A stretch of 33,859 nt of DNA from Gammaproteobacteria bacterium (lineage in GTDB: Bacteria > Pseudomonadota > Gammaproteobacteria > JBGSLN01), in NCBI GenBank assembly GCA_041740675.1, contig JBGSLN010000241.1, forward strand, positions 1 through 33,859. The letters are read 5' to 3'. Both the position numbers and the translations under genes were made by a program. Positions 29,118 to 33,859 of this stretch are shown here, piece after piece (position 1 is the stretch's first letter; every line of letters starts with the position of its first letter). The notes beneath the pieces are model-generated. The model saw nothing but the letters and a program-made list of their open reading frames with translations. It was not told the DNA's origin and ran no database searches.

Positions 29118-30107
29118 ATGATCATGACACTACAAAAAAAAATCTTCCTCGTTGCATTAACTCTTTTTACCTATATTACATTAGGTGGATGTCAACAAAA
29201 GCAAGATAATGTCTTCCAAGGTTATGTGGAAAATGAGTTGATCTATCTTAGTTCTCCTCACTCAGGCCAATTATTTACTTTATTTGTTTCGCGCGGAGAA
29301 CATGTAAAAAAAGGGACTGTTATTTTTACTCTCGATCCTGAGCCGGAAACTTCGCAATTAATCGCTGCAACAAAACAATTGTCCCAAGCCGAGGCAAATT
29401 TAAAAGATATAAATAAAGGGCAACGTGAAACAGTTCTTACTGCTATTCAAGCACAAATTAGCCAAGTCAAAGCAGATTTGGATTTAGCAAATTTAAGGGT
29501 AAGCCGTTTCAAAAAGCTTTATTCTGCTAATGCGATTGATAAAGATACTGTAGATGCCAGTATTGCCAATGCTGCTTCTAAAGCTGCGCAGCTAGAGCAG
29601 CTCGAAGCAAATTTGGCAGAAGCAAAACTTGGTAGTCGGGAAGATTTGATTCAAGCACAACAAGCTACTGTTGATGCGGCTAAAGCGAGTGTGGCTCAAG
29701 CTGAATGGGCATTGTCACAAAAAAGTTTAACCTCACCTGATGCTGGTATAATTTTTGATACGTTTTTCTTACCTGGAGAATGGGTCGGTAGCGGACAACC
29801 CGTTGCCGCATTGTTAACGGCAGCACAAACCCGTTTTATTTTTTTTGTTCCTGAAACAATGTTACCTCAAATTTATCTTGGAGAAGTTGTTTCGGTCACT
29901 TGTGATAGCTGTCACAAGAGTTTTCCCGCTGTTATTCATTACATTTCTCCTGTCGCAGAATACACACCTCCTGTAATTTATTCGCGTGAAAGTAATTACA
30001 AATTAGTTTATCAAGTGAAAGCAGAGCCATCGCTAACTGATGCTCTTTTTTTTAAACCAGGCCAGCCGGTTTATATAACATTACCTAATAACAAGGAAAC
30101 GCAGTGA
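29118..30107 (+). CDS. HlyD-family periplasmic adaptor (membrane fusion protein), lipoprotein type
   Basis: Has the lipobox TLGGC, a biotinyl-lipoyl-like hairpin (GQLFTLFVSRGEHVKKGTVIFTLD), a long coiled-coil with LDLA/AEA repeats, and a C-terminal beta-barrel. It resembles YbhG/YhiI. Confidence 0.85.
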   Translation: MIMTLQKKIFLVALTLFTYITLGGCQQKQDNVFQGYVENELIYLSSPHSGQLFTLFVSRGEHVKKGTVIFTLDPEPETSQLIAATKQLSQAEANLKDINKGQRETVLTAIQAQISQVKADLDLANLRVSRFKKLYSANAIDKDTVDASIANAASKAAQLEQLEANLAEAKLGSREDLIQAQQATVDAAKASVAQAEWALSQKSLTSPDAGIIFDTFFLPGEWVGSGQPVAALLTAAQTRFIFFVPETMLPQIYLGEVVSVTCDSCHKSFPAVIHYISPVAEYTPPVIYSRESNYKLVYQVKAEPSLTDALFFKPGQPVYITLPNNKETQ

Positions 30108-31033
30108 TGCAAACAAATATTATAAATGTAAGCAAGTTAAATAAATCATTTGGAACTTTGCATGCCGTAAAAAATGTTGACCTGAAAGTAAAAAAAGGCG
30201 AGATCTTTGGATTTTTAGGGCCTAATGGCAGCGGTAAAACCACGATGATCCGCATGCTGTGTGGTTTATTAACACCTGACTCTGGCACCGGACATTGTCT
30301 TGGTTATAATATTTTGACTGAGTCATTAAAAATTAAAATGAAAGTTGGATATATGACTCAACGATTTAGTTACTATGAAGATTTAAGTATTATTGAAAAC
30401 TTAAAATTTGTTGCACGTATTTATCAGCTCACGAAAATAAATGAGCGAATTAAAAAAATCATTGCAGAGTTTGAGTTAGGAAATTATCAACATCAACTAG
30501 CAGGAAGTTTATCAGGGGGATGGAAACAGCGAATGGCTTTAGCTGCTTGTTTGTTACATCAACCTGACTTACTTTTATTAGATGAACCAACTGCTGGAGT
30601 CGACCCTGAAGCGCGCCGTCAATTTTGGAATAAAATTCATGAACTCAGTACTTACGGCATTACAACGTTAGTCAGTACACATTATATGGATGAAGCAGAA
30701 CGTTGCTCACGTTTAGCTTATATTGCTTATGGCAATATACTCGAACAAGGAACAGCGAAAGAAATTATTGAACATGTGGGTTTAACTACTTATAAAATTT
30801 CTGGTAGTCAAATAAATCAGCTTAATCATTGGCTACAATCTCTCGGCGATAATTTTCAAGTTGTTATGTTTGGTGAAACATTACATATAAGTAGTCAAAA
30901 TCTTATTGAATTAGAAAAAATTTTGGAGCAAATTCGTCTACAACAAAATTATCGGATTGAAAAAATTGAAACAAGCCTTGAAGATGTTTTTATTCATTTA
31001 ATTGGAATAGCCCGCCATGATCAAAACAGATAA
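30104..31033 (+). CDS. ABC transporter ATP-binding protein (ABC-2/DrrA-like exporter ATPase)
   Basis: Walker A GPNGSGKTT, Q-loop MTQRF, signature LSGGWKQR, Walker B LLLLDEPTAGVD and H-loop STHYMDE. The start is GTG 30104 or ATG 30107, and either overlaps the HlyD stop. Confidence 0.92.
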   Translation: MMQTNIINVSKLNKSFGTLHAVKNVDLKVKKGEIFGFLGPNGSGKTTMIRMLCGLLTPDSGTGHCLGYNILTESLKIKMKVGYMTQRFSYYEDLSIIENLKFVARIYQLTKINERIKKIIAEFELGNYQHQLAGSLSGGWKQRMALAACLLHQPDLLLLDEPTAGVDPEARRQFWNKIHELSTYGITTLVSTHYMDEAERCSRLAYIAYGNILEQGTAKEIIEHVGLTTYKISGSQINQLNHWLQSLGDNFQVVMFGETLHISSQNLIELEKILEQIRLQQNYRIEKIETSLEDVFIHLIGIARHDQNR

Positions 31034-32165
31034 AAAAAGATACGCCATTAAACGTCTTTGGGCAATCATCACCAAAGAGTTTATTCAAATTCGCCGCGAT
31101 CGTCCTACTATTATCATGATGGTAGCTATTCCTTTAATGCAATTAACTTTATTTGGTTTTGCAATTAATACCAATCCAAAAAATTTACCTACTGCTGTTG
31201 TTAGTGCTGACAGCAGTATATTTACTCGCATGTTATTGCAAGGAATGAAAAATACAGAGTATTTTAAATTTATTCATCCTGTCAAAACTATTCAAGAAGC
31301 TGATACTTTAATGAGAGAAAATAAAGTTCAATTTATTGTCTCGATTCCTGAGAATTTTAGTTATGATTTGGTTCGAGGAAAGAAACCTCAAATTCTTGCC
31401 GAAGTTGATGCTACAGATCCAGTCGCTTCTGGCAATGCAATTTCTGCACTAACAAACTTAGTTAATACGGTATTTAATCCTGCATTAAGAGGAAATTTAG
31501 ACCATTTAAAAGGATCAACACCGCCAGTCACCCTAATAACGCATTTAAAATATAATCCATTGATTATCACCCAATATAATATTGTTCCTGGTTTATTGGG
31601 AGTGGTTTTAACCATGACAATGGTTTTTATTACTGCTTTATCTATGACACGAGAACGGGAACGCGGTACGATGGAAAACTTATTAGCCACCCCTGTTAGG
31701 CCTATAGAAGTGATCATAGGAAAAATCACACCTTATGTTTTAATTGGCTACGTTCAGGCAACACTGATACTTTCAGCAGCAAGATTTTTGTTTCATATAC
31801 CGATAGAAGGAAATATTTTTCTTTTATTACTTGCTTGCTTACCTTTTATTGCAGCAAATTTATCAATGGGTTTAACTTTTTCAACTTTAGCTACCAACCA
31901 ATTACAAGCAATCAATGGCGCTATGTTTTTCTTCCTGCCTTCGCTTCTATTATCAGGTTTTATGTTTCCTTTTAAAGGTATGCCAGAGTGGGCACAATAT
32001 GTTGGTGAATTATTACCGCTCACGCATTTTATTCGAATTGTGCGAGGTATTTTATTAAAAGGTAATGGCATCTATGAAATTTGGCCTGATTTATGGCCTA
32101 TTTTTCTTTTTACATTAGTGGTGATTGTAATTGGCATTAAGCAATTTAGGAAGACTTTGGATTGA
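31017..32165 (+). CDS. ABC-2 type transporter permease (YbhR/YhhJ-like)
   Basis: 382 aa. N-terminus KEFIQIRRDRPTI, one TM helix, a large periplasmic loop and then 5 C-terminal TM helices (ABC2_membrane architecture). It overlaps the ATPase gene by 17 nt. Confidence 0.88.
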   Translation: MIKTDKKRYAIKRLWAIITKEFIQIRRDRPTIIMMVAIPLMQLTLFGFAINTNPKNLPTAVVSADSSIFTRMLLQGMKNTEYFKFIHPVKTIQEADTLMRENKVQFIVSIPENFSYDLVRGKKPQILAEVDATDPVASGNAISALTNLVNTVFNPALRGNLDHLKGSTPPVTLITHLKYNPLIITQYNIVPGLLGVVLTMTMVFITALSMTRERERGTMENLLATPVRPIEVIIGKITPYVLIGYVQATLILSAARFLFHIPIEGNIFLLLLACLPFIAANLSMGLTFSTLATNQLQAINGAMFFFLPSLLLSGFMFPFKGMPEWAQYVGELLPLTHFIRIVRGILLKGNGIYEIWPDLWPIFLFTLVVIVIGIKQFRKTLD

Positions 32166-32208
32166 TGTTACATATGTTCTTTTTTATTTATTTATAAGAT
32201 TAATTCGT

Positions 32209-32625
32209 CTATCCTTGTTTATATAAAAAAAATTTTCTACGAATGGTTTGAAAGGACCTTTTTAATAGAGCCCCAAAATTTCTTAACATTCTATACCACA
32301 TGCTGAAAAATGTATTTGCATATTCTGGGAGTTTTGATTTGATGATTTCTAACTCACTACTAAGAGTTTCATTTTCGGCTTTGAAATGAGTATTAAGTTG
32401 TGTGATATTTCCTAAATCATTTTTTAGTAGCTCATTTTCTGCATTCAGGGAAATATTAATATTTTGCAACAGTCTATTTTCATCCATCTGCTTGGCAAGA
32501 TCATACTCTTGTTCACCAAAAAGACTCTCTTTTGCACGCGCATAGGATATATTAACTATTAATTCATGATCAAGAGAATTAAAAGACGCAGCAATTAAAC
32601 CATCCCCACTATATGACTCAGACAC
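32209..32625 (-). CDS. 3' fragment of the same methyltransferase gene: end of the MTase fold plus an Asn/Leu/Glu-rich coiled-coil and a basic C-terminal tail
   Basis: This frame is open without stops from the homopolymer (32741) down to 32209. The M of the track ORF is an internal GTG (Val). The coiled-coil segment is LLQNINISLNAENELLKNDLGNITQLNTHFKAENETLSSELEIIKSKL. Confidence 0.6.
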   Translation of the reverse strand: MSESYSGDGLIAASFNSLDHELIVNISYARAKESLFGEQEYDLAKQMDENRLLQNINISLNAENELLKNDLGNITQLNTHFKAENETLSSELEIIKSKLPEYANTFFSMWYRMLRNFGALLKRSFQTIRRKFFLYKQG

Positions 32626-32669
32626 GGTGTGCTCAGCGATAATATGTCCTCCACACGATTTGATGAATT

Positions 32670-33338
32670 CTAAACATTTTTGATGAGTAAGAGGATCATT
32701 AGAAATAGCGTGATGATGAGTAGAAACAACAATAAAACGGATTTTTTTTGTTTAAATAATTCTTCGCTGCTTTTAAGTAAATCAGTTTCTGCCCCCTGAA
32801 TATCAAGCAGTAATAGATCAAGATTATCTAAATTAAACAATGTAAAAAGAGAAGGTAAATTTTCTATTGGGATTTTTCTAGTAATTCCGTCCTCACATAG
32901 AAAATCTGCATCTTGTAAAGAAACACCTCCTATGCCCGCTTGCAAAAATATACCTTCACATTTATTTAATAAAAAGTTCTTTTGCCCAACTTCAAGATGT
33001 TGGGGATCAGGTTCAACTAGATATGCAAATGCTTTAGGGATACGATTTATCGCCCATAAAGAATAGTAAGACCAAAATGCTCCTAGTTCGAGTATCTTAG
33101 GCGCATTGGTATCTTTTCGAGGTTTTTCAATGATATGATAAAAGACTGTTTCTTCTTGTGGTTCATGATGCCCTTTTAATTGGCGAATCACTTCTGTCGT
33201 CCCTGCACCATAGTAGCAATCTTTAATAATTTTTGTTCCATCGTGCATGATCTGGATATATTCATTATCTTGAACGTATATTTCACCAGCACCAGGCACT
33301 TTTGGAATAAAATCGCAATCCCTGCATGAAATAGTCAT
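32670..33338 (-). CDS. FkbM-family SAM-dependent methyltransferase, 5' fragment; frame lost at an A8 run, giving an artefactual hydrophobic tail
   Basis: ILELGAFWSYY (SAM-binding GxG-like loop), YLVEPDPQHLEVGQKNFLLN and LLLLDIQGAETDLL match the Methyltransf_21/FkbM layout. GAGGAG SD upstream. The last 23 aa (SVLLLFLLIITLFLMILLLIKNV) begin exactly after the homopolymer. Confidence 0.7.
   Translation of the reverse strand: MTISCRDCDFIPKVPGAGEIYVQDNEYIQIMHDGTKIIKDCYYGAGTTEVIRQLKGHHEPQEETVFYHIIEKPRKDTNAPKILELGAFWSYYSLWAINRIPKAFAYLVEPDPQHLEVGQKNFLLNKCEGIFLQAGIGGVSLQDADFLCEDGITRKIPIENLPSLFTLFNLDNLDLLLLDIQGAETDLLKSSEELFKQKKSVLLLFLLIITLFLMILLLIKNV
32742..32749. repeat. T8 (A8 on the coding strand) homopolymer at the frameshift point
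   Basis: Direct reading gives ...cggaTTTTTTTTgttt... . On the coding strand this is CAAAAAAAATCC. Confidence 0.95.
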
Positions 33339-33557
33339 TAGACTCCTCTTAATTTCCGCTTCGGTAAACAGATTCTTTTCTAAGAGATTCGTCTATATGA
33401 CCCTTATATAAACCTAAATTCCTCAGCAGGTCTTTGTAGTAAGTTTCTACTGTGGAAGTAAGGATAAATTAAATTCATGCCTCATTCATATGCTAACACA
33501 GATCTAAACATTTGACTGCAGGAGCAATGACATTACTAATAATATTTTTTTAGATGG

Positions 33558-33586
33558 AAAAAAAAAGATCGTGCATGATCTTTTTT
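33558..33586 (-). terminator. Rho-independent (bidirectional A9/T6-flanked) terminator downstream of rplQ
   Basis: AAAAAAAAA-GATC-GTGCAT-GATC-TTTTTT. The stem can extend through A/T pairs. It lies 21 nt past the rplQ stop. Confidence 0.75.
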
Positions 33587-33606
33587 CATTAAACGAAATG
33601 CTTTTT

Positions 33607-33859
33607 CTATTCAACAGCAGCACGTTCTACAAGTTCAACAATCGCCATAGGCGCTTTGTCACCATAACGAAAGCCACACTTAAGCACACGAGTGTATCCA
33701 CCTGGACGTTGTTTGAAACGTGGGCCAATACTATCAAATAATTTGGTAACCATATCTCTGTTACGAATACGATTAAATGCTAAGCGTCGATTAGCTACAC
33801 TATCTTCTTTAGCCAAAGTAATAAGTGGCTCAATCACTGAACGTAATTCTTTGGCTTTT
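33607..33859 (-). CDS. rplQ: 50S ribosomal protein L17, C-terminal part (5' end beyond the window)
   Basis: The frame stays open to the window edge and reads [77 protein letters not shown]. This is near-identical to the E. coli L17 core. The M in the track is an internal GTG. Confidence 0.97.
   Translation of the reverse strand, partial: KAKELRSVIEPLITLAKEDSVANRRLAFNRIRNRDMVTKLFDSIGPRFKQRPGGYTRVLKCGFRYGDKAPMAIVELVERAAVE

Noticed and set aside
1-33859. Scan for CRISPR arrays, tRNA/rRNA genes, IS elements or transposases, integrases, toxin-antitoxin pairs, and restriction-modification or other defence modules
   Set aside because: There are no regularly spaced direct repeats and no cloverleaf-like GC-rich segments in spacers. 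No ORF carries DDE, tyrosine-recombinase, nuclease or helicase defence signatures. The only methyltransferase is FkbM-type (small-molecule or glycan class), not a DNA methyltransferase.

Overview
This is an AT-rich, densely packed gammaproteobacterial chromosomal segment. I count about 38 protein genes and see no rRNA, tRNA, CRISPR array, transposase or integrase. Most of it is housekeeping core: nadC (partial), pssA, htpG, the surE-nlpD-rpoS block, dnaB-alr, secA-mutT, slt, and the rplQ end of the alpha ribosomal operon. The gene order, the low GC and a DotI/IcmL-like paralogue suggest a Legionellales-type organism; this is inference only. Accessory content comprises a catabolic acetolactate synthase operon (alsS-doxX-CMD), an ABC-F ATPase, an MFS gene followed by a HlyD/ABC/ABC-2 exporter, an orphan FimT/GspH-like pseudopilin, an SH3+NlpC/P60 peptidase, an alpha/beta hydrolase and a GNAT. 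I did not find a convincing novel multi-gene system such as a defence island. The observations most worth follow-up are: (1) an FkbM-type methyltransferase with a coiled-coil tail, split into two ORFs by a frameshift at an 8-nt homopolymer; (2) a secreted protein with a ~160-aa mucin-like Thr/Ser/Ala/Pro spacer fused to a DotI/IcmL-like C-terminal domain, far from any dot/icm genes; (3) a ~145-bp long imperfect palindrome between convergent genes; (4) alsS with no alsD, co-operonic with a Cys-free CMD-family protein; (5) a 9-codon uORF whose stop sits in a hairpin arm upstream of the MFS gene. All functional calls come from motif recognition by eye. No database search was run.
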